From the NCBI GenBank assembly GCA_965226375.1, contig CBDDCX010000008.1:1824001-1888000 (forward strand): a stretch of 64,000 nt of DNA, written 5' to 3'. The notes under the pieces were generated by a model. The model had not been told where the DNA came from. It searched no databases and worked only from the letters and a program-made list of their open reading frames with translations. This stretch comes from Longimicrobiales bacterium (GTDB lineage: Bacteria; Gemmatimonadota; Gemmatimonadetes; Longimicrobiales; Gaopeijiaceae). Positions 1-10,390 of this stretch are shown piece after piece. Made by a program: the position numbers and the translations under genes. Every line of letters starts with the position of its first letter. The first letter of the stretch is position 1.

Positions 1-379
1 AGTGCCGCCCCTCCCACGAGAAGGCCTTGATGTCCTTTCCACCCGCTCCGACGTGTAGATCACTGTCCTCGATCCGCCAACGGTGGATGACCTTGGGATC
101 TGCGGGATCCGAGATGTCGATGACATCGAGACCGCGCTCGCCCCCCTCGGACTGTCCCAGAACCTCACGGCCCACGTAAGCGAAGGGACGGTCCATGTCC
201 TGCTCGACCTCGATGTCGGACACACTTCCAGGCGCTCCGAGGGGGAGATGGGACACGACCTCGATGTTGTCACTTCCACGCTGTTCGGCATCGTCCTGCG
301 CCGCCAAGGCCGAAGTGGTCGAGAAAAGGCCCACGCAAGCCAGTATCGTGGCAAAGCCAACTACACTCTTCATCCCCAT
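1..379 (-). CDS. Secreted LVIVD-like beta-propeller protein, N-terminal part (runs off window); paralog of 59404..60723
   Basis: Not in ORF track. Manual translation MGMKSVVGFATILACVGLFSTTSALAAQDDAEQRGSDNIEVVSHLPLG...SDIEVEQDMDRPFAYV...HRWRIED aligns with 59404..60723; signal peptide; GAGGTG RBS upstream. Confidence 0.85.
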   Translation of the reverse strand, partial: MGMKSVVGFATILACVGLFSTTSALAAQDDAEQRGSDNIEVVSHLPLGAPGSVSDIEVEQDMDRPFAYVGREVLGQSEGGERGLDVIDISDPADPKVIHRWRIEDSDLHVGAGGKDIKAFSWEGRH

Positions 380-510
380 CGTGCACCTCGTTTTGATTCC
401 GCTCATCACGGAGCGTATCGGATGGCCTACATAGCGAAAGGCGGAGGGGCATGTTAAGACCTCACTTGCGAAAAAAACAGCCGATCCGAAAGTGGAGTGC
501 CGACCAACCG

Positions 511-1314
511 ATGTATGAACGCCTTGTGTGCCTGACAGAGGAGACCACGGAGGCCCTATATATGATGGAGGAAGACTGGCGCATCGTCGGAATCTCCGGC
601 TTTACCGTGCGACCTCCTCGAGCTCGGAAGGAAAAGCCCAAGGTATCCGCATTCACCAGCGCCAAGATCGACCAGATTCTCGATCTGGAACCGGACCTTG
701 TCCTCGGCTTCTCCGATATCCAGGCCGACATCGCCGCGGAGCTGATCCGTCATGGTGTCGAGGTCCACGTGTTCAATCACCGCAGCGTCCAGGGGATCCT
801 GCGCATGATCAGGACGCTCGGGGCCATGATCGGCTGTGAGAGGAAGGGTGTCGATCTCGCATTGGAGTTGGAAGAGGGATTGGTCGGAATCCGAGCGCGA
901 GCGGCCGCGCTGCCGGCCCGTCCACGGGTATACTTCGAGGAGTGGTATGACCCACTGATCTCGGGAATCCGATGGGTGTCCGAGTTGATCGAGCAAGCCG
1001 GCGGAGAGGACTGCTTTCCGGAGTTGGCAGCCTCATCTCTCGCAAAGGGTCGAATCATCGCGGATCCTCAGGAAGTCGTCCGCCGCTCGCCCGACATCAT
1101 CATGGCTTCGTGGTGCGGCCGGAAGTTCCAGAAGGACAAACTGGCGGCGCGGCCTGGCTGGTCGGAGATTCCCGCCGTAGAACAGGACGACATCTACGAA
1201 ATCAAGTCACCAGTCATCCTGCAGCCTGGACCGGCGGCCCTCACCAACGGCGTCGCCCAGATCCACGAGCTGATCCAAGGATGGGCCCAGCGACGGGAAG
1301 GGAACGAGTCATAG
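511..1314 (+). CDS. BtuF-like cobalamin/iron-chelate binding protein (no signal peptide)
   Basis: RLVCLTEETTE, LEPDLVL, PDIIMASWCG, ILQPGP motifs of the periplasmic-binding class III fold. Confidence 0.8.
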   Translation: MYERLVCLTEETTEALYMMEEDWRIVGISGFTVRPPRARKEKPKVSAFTSAKIDQILDLEPDLVLGFSDIQADIAAELIRHGVEVHVFNHRSVQGILRMIRTLGAMIGCERKGVDLALELEEGLVGIRARAAALPARPRVYFEEWYDPLISGIRWVSELIEQAGGEDCFPELAASSLAKGRIIADPQEVVRRSPDIIMASWCGRKFQKDKLAARPGWSEIPAVEQDDIYEIKSPVILQPGPAALTNGVAQIHELIQGWAQRREGNES

Positions 1315-1325
1315 GAGCCATCGCG

Positions 1326-2104
1326 CTGACGGACTGGGCCCTGTTGGGCCTCGTCACGTTTCTGGCCGCAGCGGTTCAGGGCGCCGTCGGCTTCGCGTTC
1401 ACACTGTTGGCCGTCTCCTTCTTCCTTCTCATTCTGCGTTCGACAGAAGCGGTGCAGGTAACTCTGGTCCTCAACCTGGTAATCTGCGGGTCACTCTGCA
1501 GGCACCTCTGGAAGGACGTTCCCTTCGGGCTCTGGCGCCTCCTTCTGGCGGGGGCGGTGGTCGGTGTGCCGGTAGGAGTAGCGGCTTTCGCGTACGCGAG
1601 CCTAGCCGCCATCTACATCGGTGTGGCGGTCGCGGTGTTGTTGTTCACGGCGCTCCTGGCCCGTCAGAGGGCGCCCGCAACCGACGCCGCGTGGGGGGGG
1701 ACCAGGGCATCTCGCCAGACCACGCCTCACCGCCGTATCGGCCCCAGTCGGTTCTTGCCGTGGGGATCCTCGCCGGTGCCATGACGGCGGCCCTGAGCAT
1801 GCCGGGCCCGGTTCTGGTCCTCTACCTGACCGCGATCGGAGTCGACAAGACCACCTTCCGGGCGGTATCCCTCACCCTGTTCACCGTCCTATATATAGGA
1901 GCGATACTGCTCCAGTCGGTCACGGTCGGGATTCCTGGAAGTGTTTGGGTCACATCAGCCACGCTGCTCCCCTTTGCCTGGGCCGGCGCCGCGCTGGGAC
2001 ACGTCGGAGCCCGACATATCGATGAGGCGATGTTCCGTCGTTTCGTCCTTCTTCTACTGGCGGCCACGGGCTCCTACATGCTGATCACCACACTCATCCG
2101 CTGA
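1326..2104 (+). CDS. TauE/SafE family sulfite exporter, frameshifted at a G8 run (1693-1700), probably a sequencing error
   Basis: AAAVQGAVGFAF N-half (ORF 972 frame) and GAMTAALSMPGP...FRR C-half (ORF 1691 frame); adding one G joins them. Start approximate. Confidence 0.75.
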
Positions 2105-2109
2105 CTACC

Positions 2110-3144
2110 ATGCGTCCACTGTCCGACTTTCCCCGGGTCGAGCTGGCCCGTCGCCCGACTCCGCTCGAGCCCATGCCCAATCTGTCTGCGCTCTTGGGCG
2201 GACCCCATCTGTTCGTGAAGCGGGACGACGGCGCCGGGCTCGCCCTGGGTGGCAACAAGGCGCGTCAGCTCGAGTTCTACTTCGGCGACGCCGTAGCGCG
2301 CGACGCCACCACGGTTCTCGTTACCGGAGCGGTGCAGTCGAACTTTGTCAGGACCGTAGCCGCGGCCGCCGCCAAGCTGGGGCTGGGCTGCCATGTCCAA
2401 CTCGAGGACCGCGTACCGGGAATGGGCGAGGTCTACCACCGATCGGGCAACGTCCTGCTGGATCACCTGTTGGGTGCCCACGTGCATACCTACCCGGAGG
2501 GTGAAGACGAGGCAGGGGCCGACGGAGCCCTCGCCGAGATCGCGGAAACGCTGAAGGCGACGGGAGAGCGCCCATACCTGATCTACCTGTCCGAGGACCA
2601 CGAGCCACTCGGGGCCTTGGGATACGTGGACGCCGCACAGGAGCTCATACGACAAACCGAACAGATGGATGTGCCGCTGAGGACCATCGTACTCGCCAGT
2701 GGCAGCGCGGCCACCCACGCGGGCATGCTCGTGGGGTTGAGAGCTCACGGCCGGAGCGACGTGGCGGTTCACGGGATTTGCGTTCGCCGGGACCAAGAGG
2801 CACAGAAGGGGCGCGTGATACGCGTCGTGCGGAAGACGGAATCACTTCTGGACTGCATCGGTGTGGTCGAGGAGGACGACGTGCTGGCCACCGATGAGTT
2901 CCTTGGACCCGCGTACGGGCGTCTCACCGAATCCGGAACCGAGGCCATGCTCCTGGCGGCCCGCAAAGAAGCACTCCTGCTGGATCCGGTATACACGGGT
3001 AAGGCGTTCGCGGGCTTCCTGAGCCTGGTACGCCAGGGTACCCTGGGCCCCGAACCGGTCATCTTCTTGCACACGGGGGGGACCCCCGCTCTGTTCGCCT
3101 ATGGCCCCGAAATTGCCAGCGCGACGGAGTCTCGGGACGGGTAG
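2110..3144 (+). CDS. PLP-dependent D-cysteine desulfhydrase / L-cysteate sulfo-lyase family protein
   Basis: PTPLE, KRDD..G.ALGGNK, GAVQSN, LDPVYTGKA, FLHTGG motifs. Confidence 0.9.
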   Translation: MRPLSDFPRVELARRPTPLEPMPNLSALLGGPHLFVKRDDGAGLALGGNKARQLEFYFGDAVARDATTVLVTGAVQSNFVRTVAAAAAKLGLGCHVQLEDRVPGMGEVYHRSGNVLLDHLLGAHVHTYPEGEDEAGADGALAEIAETLKATGERPYLIYLSEDHEPLGALGYVDAAQELIRQTEQMDVPLRTIVLASGSAATHAGMLVGLRAHGRSDVAVHGICVRRDQEAQKGRVIRVVRKTESLLDCIGVVEEDDVLATDEFLGPAYGRLTESGTEAMLLAARKEALLLDPVYTGKAFAGFLSLVRQGTLGPEPVIFLHTGGTPALFAYGPEIASATESRDG

Positions 3145-3266
3145 ATGGGATCCCGTATGCGCAGCGGTGCAGTATTGTGGCGCGCCGGACCGCCCCAACG
3201 AATCCAAGGGCGTAGGTCACACGTATGTAAAGACGGATCGCTGATTCGCCGACAGCCCGGAACCGC

Positions 3267-3545
3267 ATGATCACCCTCCCCATCGTTCTCAAGTTCATGG
3301 CCGCCTCGGCCGCCGCAGCAGGCGTCTCCGTCGTCGTGCGCAGGGGCCGCGCCAATCGCGTCTCCCCCTTCGCCAGCCTGATCTCGATGTTCGGCCTCAT
3401 TATCGTGGCCGCGGCGTTCCTGTTCGTATCGGGAGTCGAGACCGTGTACATGCTGGTCGGCGGGATGGCCGTCTATGCCATCGGATTCTTCCTCGAGCGC
3501 ATCGCACGACTGGACGGGTACGACGAGGAACTCGACCTGGATTGA
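3267..3545 (+). CDS. Small hypothetical membrane protein (about 3 TM)
   Basis: 92 aa, hydrophobic segments, acidic tail. Confidence 0.6.
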   Translation: MITLPIVLKFMAASAAAAGVSVVVRRGRANRVSPFASLISMFGLIIVAAAFLFVSGVETVYMLVGGMAVYAIGFFLERIARLDGYDEELDLD

Positions 3546-3672
3546 CGGTCCGTGAGGGACTCTCGGTGGCTCGCGAACTTCTGTAACACCACACTAGCGA
3601 GAGAAAGTGCCCCGTCCCCATGTTGCGCGGTCCGCCGACCTTCAGTGACTACCGCGACCGATAGGGCTCTGC

Positions 3673-5022
3673 ATGAAGAAGCTGCGCTTTCCGCATCCTC
3701 TTACACTGCTTACCGGATGCATCCTGATAGCGGCGGCGTTGAGCTATGTGCTTCCCGCCGGTCAGTACGACCGCTTGGACGATCCGATCACCGGCCGAAG
3801 CGTGGTCGTGGCCGGGACCTTCCATGAGGTAGAGCCCGCGCCTGTGGGTTTCTTCCAGGCCATCGTGGCGATTTCGAAGGGGATGGCGGACGCGGCCGAG
3901 GTGGTCTTTCTGGTGTTTCTAATCGGTGGGGCCTTCACCGTCGTCGACGAGACCGGTGCGCTCCGCAGCGCGGTGGGTTGGCTGGTCAACCGGCTCCAGA
4001 ACCGGGAGGTCCTGGTCATTCCCGTCGTAAGCGTCGCCTTCGCCACGGGCGGTGTTCTGGAGAATATGCAGGAAGAGATCATCGCCCTTGTTCCCGTGCT
4101 GTTGATACTGACCAAGCGGCTGGGGTTCGCACCCCTCACGGCAGTGTCCATGAGCGCGGGGGCCGCCTTTGTGGGTTCGGCCTTCAGTCCCATCAACCCC
4201 TTCCAGGTAGGCATCGCCCAGAAGTTGGCTGAGTTACCCCTGCTGTCCGGCAGTCTCTTTCGGATCGTGTTCCTCGTGGTAGCCCTGAGCATCTGGATCT
4301 TCGCTACCATGCGCCATGCCGACCGCACGCGCACGGCTCCCGAGATTCCGGATGAGTGGGATGAGTGGGACGGCGCCATGAGCCCGCACGACCTGTCCAT
4401 CCTAGGCATGATCGTGGTGACCTTCGCCGTTCTCGTTTGGGGCATCCTGAGCAAGGGATGGGGGTTCGACGAGATGTCGGCGCTCTTCTTCATCATGGGC
4501 ATCGCGGCCGGTGTTGTCGGGGGCCTGCGGGTGATGGGCACCGCGGAGGCATACGTGAAGGGCTTCCGCTCGATGGCTTATGCAGCCCTGCTCATCGGCT
4601 TCGCCAGGGCCATCTTCGTAGTTCTCGACCAAGGGCGCATCGTGGATACGATCGTCCATGGCATGTTCACACCGGTAGCGAACCTCCCGGTGGCGCTGTC
4701 CGCCCTCGGCATGATGGTGTCACACGTCTTCGTACACGTACCCGTGCCGAGCGTGAGTGGACACGCCGTACTGACCATGCCGGTGCTCGTCCCCCTGTCC
4801 GACCTCCTCGGCCTGTCTCGCCAAGTTACCGTGCTCGCATACCAATACGGAGCGGGGCTTTGCGATCTCATCACGCCGACGAACGGTGCCCTCATGGCGA
4901 TCCTGGCCGCCGGCGGCGTGGAGTACCAGGAGTGGCTGAAATTCACTATGAAGTGGTACCTGGTCCTCATGGGCTTGGGCGGCGCAGTGATAATGCTTGC
5001 GATCGCCGTCGGGCTTCAATAG
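3673..5022 (+). CDS. YfcC/DcuC-like transporter (putative basic amino acid antiporter)
   Basis: FPHP, PAGQYDR, FLIGGAF, SPINPFQVGIAQ, VPSVSG.AVLTMP, AYQYG motifs. Confidence 0.85.
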   Translation: MKKLRFPHPLTLLTGCILIAAALSYVLPAGQYDRLDDPITGRSVVVAGTFHEVEPAPVGFFQAIVAISKGMADAAEVVFLVFLIGGAFTVVDETGALRSAVGWLVNRLQNREVLVIPVVSVAFATGGVLENMQEEIIALVPVLLILTKRLGFAPLTAVSMSAGAAFVGSAFSPINPFQVGIAQKLAELPLLSGSLFRIVFLVVALSIWIFATMRHADRTRTAPEIPDEWDEWDGAMSPHDLSILGMIVVTFAVLVWGILSKGWGFDEMSALFFIMGIAAGVVGGLRVMGTAEAYVKGFRSMAYAALLIGFARAIFVVLDQGRIVDTIVHGMFTPVANLPVALSALGMMVSHVFVHVPVPSVSGHAVLTMPVLVPLSDLLGLSRQVTVLAYQYGAGLCDLITPTNGALMAILAAGGVEYQEWLKFTMKWYLVLMGLGGAVIMLAIAVGLQ

Positions 5023-6344
5023 ACGAGGCCGGCATCCCAGGCCTCGAAGAGGGCCTTGAGCTCCGTTCCCAAGCGCTTCTGCTCTGCAAGCAGCTCCTCC
5101 ATCACGTCCCTGCGCGTGCGGAGGATCATGAAGCGGCGGACATCGTGGAAGCCCCAACGCCAGCGCTCTCGGATCCAGAGACCGACGACGCCCAGAGGCG
5201 GTAGGAGCACGAGGAGGGCCACCCCCACGCCCAGGTCCCAGACCCATACGGCGGCGAGCGCGGCCGTGACGACCCAAGCCGAATAAGTGAGGATTCCGAA
5301 CAACAGCTTATAGGTCGACACTTGGTCGAGTTCGGGCCGCGCTTTAGCGGTCAGGCGGCGAGTGAGCCAGAACGGGACCCAAAATGCGACGTGACCCAGC
5401 AGGGCGATTGCGACGATGGGAATGCCGCCGAGGTAGAGGCGGCGCGCCGACCAGCGCACACTGGACGGGAGCCCGACATCGGCGCGCAGGTCGCCCGGCC
5501 CGAAGCCGAAGAGGGCCAAGCGACGATAGTGCCTCGAAAGATCCTGCTGTACCGCCTTCCATCGCTCATCCGAGCCCTGTCGTACGGTGGCGAGAATGCG
5601 TGCAGTGATCTCGTAACGCCGTAGTTGCTGCGCGTGGCCCTCGGCCTCCGCCATCTCGAGACTCCATATGGCCTCGGCCGTTTCCACGAGTGGCCGATCC
5701 TCCCACCGCTCCAGGTTCAGCGTGACTCCCCTCAGCGCCTGATCGATCCGTGCCGTGAGCTCACGCACTGCGTCTCGGTCCTTCCTTCCCCTCTCGGCCA
5801 GATCGTCCCACGAGACGGGCTCCCCAAGCACCACCCGCATCTCCGATCGAAAGCGCTCCTTCCGTGCGGGTACGATGCCCACCGGGATGATCGGGAACGT
5901 CCGGGTGGTCTTCTCATAGGTGCCCAGTGCCATGCGAGCGGTACCGGTCCGGAGCTCGGCCAGCGACGGTTGGGAATGGCTGATGCCCTCCGGAAAGATT
6001 CCAATGGCCGCACCGCCTGCCAGTTCCCGGATCACCGCCTCGAAGACGTCTCGGTTTTGCCCCATGGCCGAAGGATCGTCTTGTTTGCGATAGACGGGAA
6101 TCGCACCGGCAGCCTTGACCGCCCATCCCACCTGGGCATCGGTGAAGAGCGGCGCCTTGGCCAGGAAGCGGACCCGCCGCCCCGTCACGCCGGCGACGAT
6201 GATCGGGTCGACGAGGGAGTTGGGGTGGTTCGCGACGAGTAGGACTGGGCCACCGGACGGGACCCCAGGGCCCTCCACCGAGAGCCGGTAGAACACGCGA
6301 CTGGCCAGCCGGCACAGCGCGGAGAGCACGGGGAGGAGCCACAT
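5016..6344 (-). CDS. Lysophospholipid / glycerol acyltransferase with C-terminal TM helices
   Basis: NHPNSLVD (HX4D) and FPEG motifs. Confidence 0.85.
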   Translation of the reverse strand: MWLLPVLSALCRLASRVFYRLSVEGPGVPSGGPVLLVANHPNSLVDPIIVAGVTGRRVRFLAKAPLFTDAQVGWAVKAAGAIPVYRKQDDPSAMGQNRDVFEAVIRELAGGAAIGIFPEGISHSQPSLAELRTGTARMALGTYEKTTRTFPIIPVGIVPARKERFRSEMRVVLGEPVSWDDLAERGRKDRDAVRELTARIDQALRGVTLNLERWEDRPLVETAEAIWSLEMAEAEGHAQQLRRYEITARILATVRQGSDERWKAVQQDLSRHYRRLALFGFGPGDLRADVGLPSSVRWSARRLYLGGIPIVAIALLGHVAFWVPFWLTRRLTAKARPELDQVSTYKLLFGILTYSAWVVTAALAAVWVWDLGVGVALLVLLPPLGVVGLWIRERWRWGFHDVRRFMILRTRRDVMEELLAEQKRLGTELKALFEAWDAGLVY

Positions 6345-6383
6345 GGATCGTCCTGGAGGCCTCTTGAAGGAGTACGGCGGGTG

Positions 6384-7312
6384 CTAGGTCGGAGGGTCCT
6401 GTGCCGCCGGCCAAAGCCAGGCCGCACCGCGCACGCCGCTCGAGTCACCGTGGCTGTTTCGCACCACCCTGGTCGAACACTCGTCGGTGAATACGTAGGA
6501 CGGGAGGGCGTGTCCCAAGTCTTCCGGCAGGTCTGCAAGGTTGGACATGCCTCCTCCCAGCACCACCACATCGGGATCCACCACGTTGATCACCGTGGCC
6601 AACCCTCGCGCCAAGCGATCCACGTACCGGTCGTAGGAGGCACACGCACCCACCTGGCCCTCGGCAGCGCGCGCGGCGATCTCGTGGGTAGAGAGCGCCT
6701 CTCCGGTGGCCATCTCATGGTCGCGGACCAATCCCGGCCCCGATACGAAGGTCTCGAGACAGCCTCGTTTACCGCAGAAGCACTCCGGCCCGGGCCGCTC
6801 ATCGTCCCTGGGCCACGGCAACGGATTGTGGCCCCACTCGCCGCCGATCCGCTGGGGTCCTTCCAGGACGCGGTCACGGATCACCACACCTCCGCCCACG
6901 CCGGTTCCGATGATGACACCGAAAACGACGTCTTCGCCTGCGCCGGCGCCATCGGTGGCCTCCGAGAGCGCAAAGCAGTTGGCGTCGTTCACGACGCGCA
7001 CCGGTCGTCCCAGAACCCGCTCCAGATCCTGGTCGAACGGACGGCCATTGAGCCAACCGGAGTTGGCGTTCTTCACGAGACCCGTCGTGGGAGAGAGGGT
7101 CCCCGGAATGCCCACGCCGACGCTCGCTCGATCCGGAGAGCCCGTCTGGGTCGCGGCCTCCCCCTCCAGCGCGGACACCAGGCCCCGCAGAAGGCCCAAG
7201 GTCTGGTCGCGATGCGACGCCGGGCCAACTCGACACCACCCGGACCGAGGGCCAGCGCCTCGATTTTGGTGCCACCCAGATCGATTCCGATACGCAGCGT
7301 TGGTGTGGACAT
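6384..7312 (-). pseudogene. ROK family sugar kinase (Mak/fructokinase-like), disrupted near 7200
   Basis: RIGIDLGGTKIE N-terminus is in a different frame from NDANCFALSE, GTGVGGG, GEWGH, CFCGKRGCLE; a few codons appear missing at the junction. Confidence 0.75.
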
Positions 7313-7426
7313 GACGACATAGTATCGCCTGTCATGACCCTGGGCCCGTCCCGGGATCCGACCAACCACAAGCTCCAATTCAGATCGCGGTAGGGGGCGC
7401 GAAAAGAGCTGGTCTCGAGACGCGCG

Positions 7427-7807
7427 CTAGCGCCCTTCGGCGTCGCTCGAGGCTGAGCGATCATCGCGATCCGAGTGACCGCCCGGTTCAGCGGGATCAA
7501 CGGGGTCGGCTACTGGACTCGACGCGGCGAGCGGAAGTGGCTCGGGGGCAGAGTCCCCCAGGAGAGAGCCGTCCAGGAGCTGCTCGGTGAAGTCGAGACG
7601 GGTGTCCACCGAGTGGAGCCTGGTGGCCATGTCCGCCACCTCGGCCTTGAGCAACTCGATCTCTCTCGGATTCGCGGAGCTCATCTGCCTCGGCGTTGGC
7701 CCCGAGATCTTCTTCAGGACCCACTGCCCCAGGAGCGTCCCGGCCGCCCCCATCGCCCCACCGCTCACGAATATGGCGAGGACCCCAATGATGATCTCCG
7801 GCTCCAT
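7427..7807 (-). CDS. Hypothetical membrane-anchored coiled-coil protein
   Basis: N-terminal TM followed by an RLDFTEQLL coiled coil. Confidence 0.65.
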   Translation of the reverse strand: MEPEIIIGVLAIFVSGGAMGAAGTLLGQWVLKKISGPTPRQMSSANPREIELLKAEVADMATRLHSVDTRLDFTEQLLDGSLLGDSAPEPLPLAASSPVADPVDPAEPGGHSDRDDRSASSDAEGR

Positions 7808-7921
7808 ACCAACGTCGCCTCAGGTGTGAGTCCAGGAGGGCACATCGACCCTCATGGGTAGGCCGACGAGGCCATCTTGCCGACCCGACGTAGATTCTGC
7901 GTTGTGGGTTTCGATCACCGG

Positions 7922-8923
7922 TTACCCGACCAACGTGGCCACCATCACGGCCTTGATGGTGTGCATCCGGTTCTCCGCCTGGTCGAAGACGATGGAGTGC
8001 TCTCCCTCGAACACCTCATCGGTCACTTCCATGCCGTCGAGACCGAACTTCTGGTATATGTCCTCGCCTACGACGGTCCGTCGATCGTGGAACGCCGGAA
8101 GGCAGTGCAGAAACTTAGCGCTGGGCTGCCCTGTCATCGCCAGCACATCAGAATTGACCTGATATGGCCGGAGCAGCTCGATCCGCTCGGCCCACATGGA
8201 TTCGGGCTCGCCCATGGACACCCACACGTCCGTATATAGGAAGTCGGTGTCACGCACCGCCTCCTTCACGTCTGCGGTCACGGTGACGGTCCCTCCGGCT
8301 GTTCGTGCGTACTCTTTGCTCCTGGCCACCAACCCATTCTCGGGCCAACACACCTCCGGGGCCGCCAGCCTGACATCCATCCCCATCTTGGCCCCGCCCA
8401 CCATGAGCGAATTGCCCATGTTGTTCCGGGCGTCTCCGAGGTAACAATAGGAGATGTCGGACAGGGGCTTGCCGGCATGTTCTTCCATGGTGAGGAAGTC
8501 CGCCAGAATCTGGGTCGGATGAAACTCATCGGTAAGGCCGTTCCACACCGGTACGCCGGCAAACGCACCGAGCTGCTCCACGATGTCCTGACCGAAACCA
8601 CGGTACTCGATACCGTCGTACATGCGCCCCAGCACCCTCGCGGTGTCCTTCATGGACTCTTTGTTGCCGATCTGTGACCCGCTGGGTCCCAGGTACGTGA
8701 CGCCCGCACCCTGATCGTACGCAGCCACTTCGAACGCACAGCGGGTTCGGGTGGACGACTTCTCGAAGATGAGGGCGACGTTCTTGCCCGTGAGGCGCCG
8801 TTGTTCGGTGCCGTCGGCCTTGGCCGTCTTCAGCTCCGCGGCGAGGTCGAGGAGGTACCGGATCTCCTCCGGCGCGAAGTCTTCGAGCTTCAGGAAGTGC
8901 CGGCCCCTGAGGTCCAACGTCAT
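7922..8923 (-). CDS. argF: Ornithine carbamoyltransferase (catabolic ArcB context)
   Basis: SSTRTR, HPTQ, HCLP motifs; downstream of arcA. Confidence 0.95.
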   Translation of the reverse strand: MTLDLRGRHFLKLEDFAPEEIRYLLDLAAELKTAKADGTEQRRLTGKNVALIFEKSSTRTRCAFEVAAYDQGAGVTYLGPSGSQIGNKESMKDTARVLGRMYDGIEYRGFGQDIVEQLGAFAGVPVWNGLTDEFHPTQILADFLTMEEHAGKPLSDISYCYLGDARNNMGNSLMVGGAKMGMDVRLAAPEVCWPENGLVARSKEYARTAGGTVTVTADVKEAVRDTDFLYTDVWVSMGEPESMWAERIELLRPYQVNSDVLAMTGQPSAKFLHCLPAFHDRRTVVGEDIYQKFGLDGMEVTDEVFEGEHSIVFDQAENRMHTIKAVMVATLVG

Positions 8924-8959
8924 GCACGTTCTCCGATCAATTGATACTGAATATCGTCA

Positions 8960-9025
8960 CGAGATACAGTGGAGCACCATCTGAGGTACGGCGGGGCACC
9001 CATTTGAGGTACGGCGGATCACCTT
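8960..9025. repeat. About 22-bp direct repeats between arcA and argF (two near-identical copies plus one degenerate)
   Basis: gcaccatctgaggtacggcgg (8974-8994) and gcacccatttgaggtacggcgg (8996-9017). Confidence 0.7.
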
Positions 9026-9039
9026 GTAATGATCGGGCC

Positions 9040-10374
9040 TCAGACCGCATCCCGTAAGAGCGGGCAAGTCATGCAGTGTCCCCCACCCCTACCCCGGCCC
9101 AACTCTGCTCCGTCCAGGGTGATCACTTCGATGCCGGCTTTCCGGAGCCTGGTATTCGTGTACTCGTTTCTCGAATACGCAACGACCACTCCCGGCTCGA
9201 TGGCAAGCAGGTTATTCCCGTCATCCCATTGCTCGCGCTCCGCCTGAAACTCGTCACCCCCCGTGCCGATGACGCGCAGCTCCGCCAGGCCCAACGCATC
9301 TTGGACGGCACCGAGAAAGCTGTCCTCCTCGTGAATGCACAGCTGACCATCCTCCCGGTCGGAGGGGCGCAAGCTGTATGCCTTGATCGCCTCCACAACC
9401 TTCGGGTAGATCGTGACCGCGTCCACATCCACCATGGTGAACACGGTGTCCAGATGCATGTGCGCCCGGTCTCGGTCCATCTCGCACGCGATCACACGCT
9501 CCGCCACACCCGAGTCGAACAGGGTCTTCGCGAGCAACTCGACCATGCGGGCCGTGGTCCGCTGACTCAGGCCCATGAGAACCGTCTTGTTCCCGATGGG
9601 CATGACGTCACCTCCCTCGAGCGAGGCCCGGCCGAAATCCTCGGCGCTTGGGCCGCTTTCCTTGCCTGGCCTCGGATACCAGAACTCGAAGTCCGCAGCG
9701 ACGAATAGGGGGTGACCGCTGTAGATGAGGCCCACGTTCAGGGTCTCCAAACGACGGGCTCGGTAGTACATCGGGTTTAAGGTCACCCCGTTATAGATCC
9801 AGCATGACGAGTCCCGCGTAAACAATGAGTTGGGAAGCGGAGGCAGGATGAAATCGGCGTGCTCTTCCGCCCGGGCGGTCAGGGAACAGCTGAGATCGAG
9901 CCCCTGCACTTCCCTCTGCGCGAGCCCACCGATGAGATGGGTCGCCAGCTGATCCGGCTCCATCTCGAGGAGGTAAGCCCGAATCTCATCGACCAGTGAG
10001 ACGCCCACGGTCATCTCGGTCACCACCTGCCCGACGGCGGCCCCACGCGCCTGCTCATTAAGGGTCAGCGTCTCCGAGAGCAGATCCCTGAGCAGGTAGA
10101 CCTCGACTCCCCGGTCTCGCAGATGATCCACGAAAACGTCGTGCTGTTCCCTAGCCTTCCGGACCCAGAGGACGTCGTCGAAAAGAAGGTCTTGGGCGTT
10201 CGACGGAGTAAGTCTCTCAAGGCTCAGATCGGGACGGTGGACCAACACCTTTCGGAGCCGGCCGACTTCCGAGGCCACGCCGAAGACGGCCTCCTTTGCC
10301 ACTCGGGCCGCGGGCATGAGTCCGTCGTTTGACTGTGGGGGTGACGTCAGCTCGTCTGGGCTGCCAGCGGCCAA
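9040..10374 (-). CDS. arcA: Arginine deiminase
   Basis: [41 protein letters not shown]. Confidence 0.95.
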   Translation of the reverse strand: MAAGSPDELTSPPQSNDGLMPAARVAKEAVFGVASEVGRLRKVLVHRPDLSLERLTPSNAQDLLFDDVLWVRKAREQHDVFVDHLRDRGVEVYLLRDLLSETLTLNEQARGAAVGQVVTEMTVGVSLVDEIRAYLLEMEPDQLATHLIGGLAQREVQGLDLSCSLTARAEEHADFILPPLPNSLFTRDSSCWIYNGVTLNPMYYRARRLETLNVGLIYSGHPLFVAADFEFWYPRPGKESGPSAEDFGRASLEGGDVMPIGNKTVLMGLSQRTTARMVELLAKTLFDSGVAERVIACEMDRDRAHMHLDTVFTMVDVDAVTIYPKVVEAIKAYSLRPSDREDGQLCIHEEDSFLGAVQDALGLAELRVIGTGGDEFQAEREQWDDGNNLLAIEPGVVVAYSRNEYTNTRLRKAGIEVITLDGAELGRGRGGGHCMTCPLLRDAV

Positions 10375-10390
10375 GGCAGGTGCTCCAGGA

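Noticed and set aside
380..510. Cobalamin riboswitch upstream of the BtuF-like gene
   Set aside because: No B12-box or conserved core recognisable, and the spacer is short
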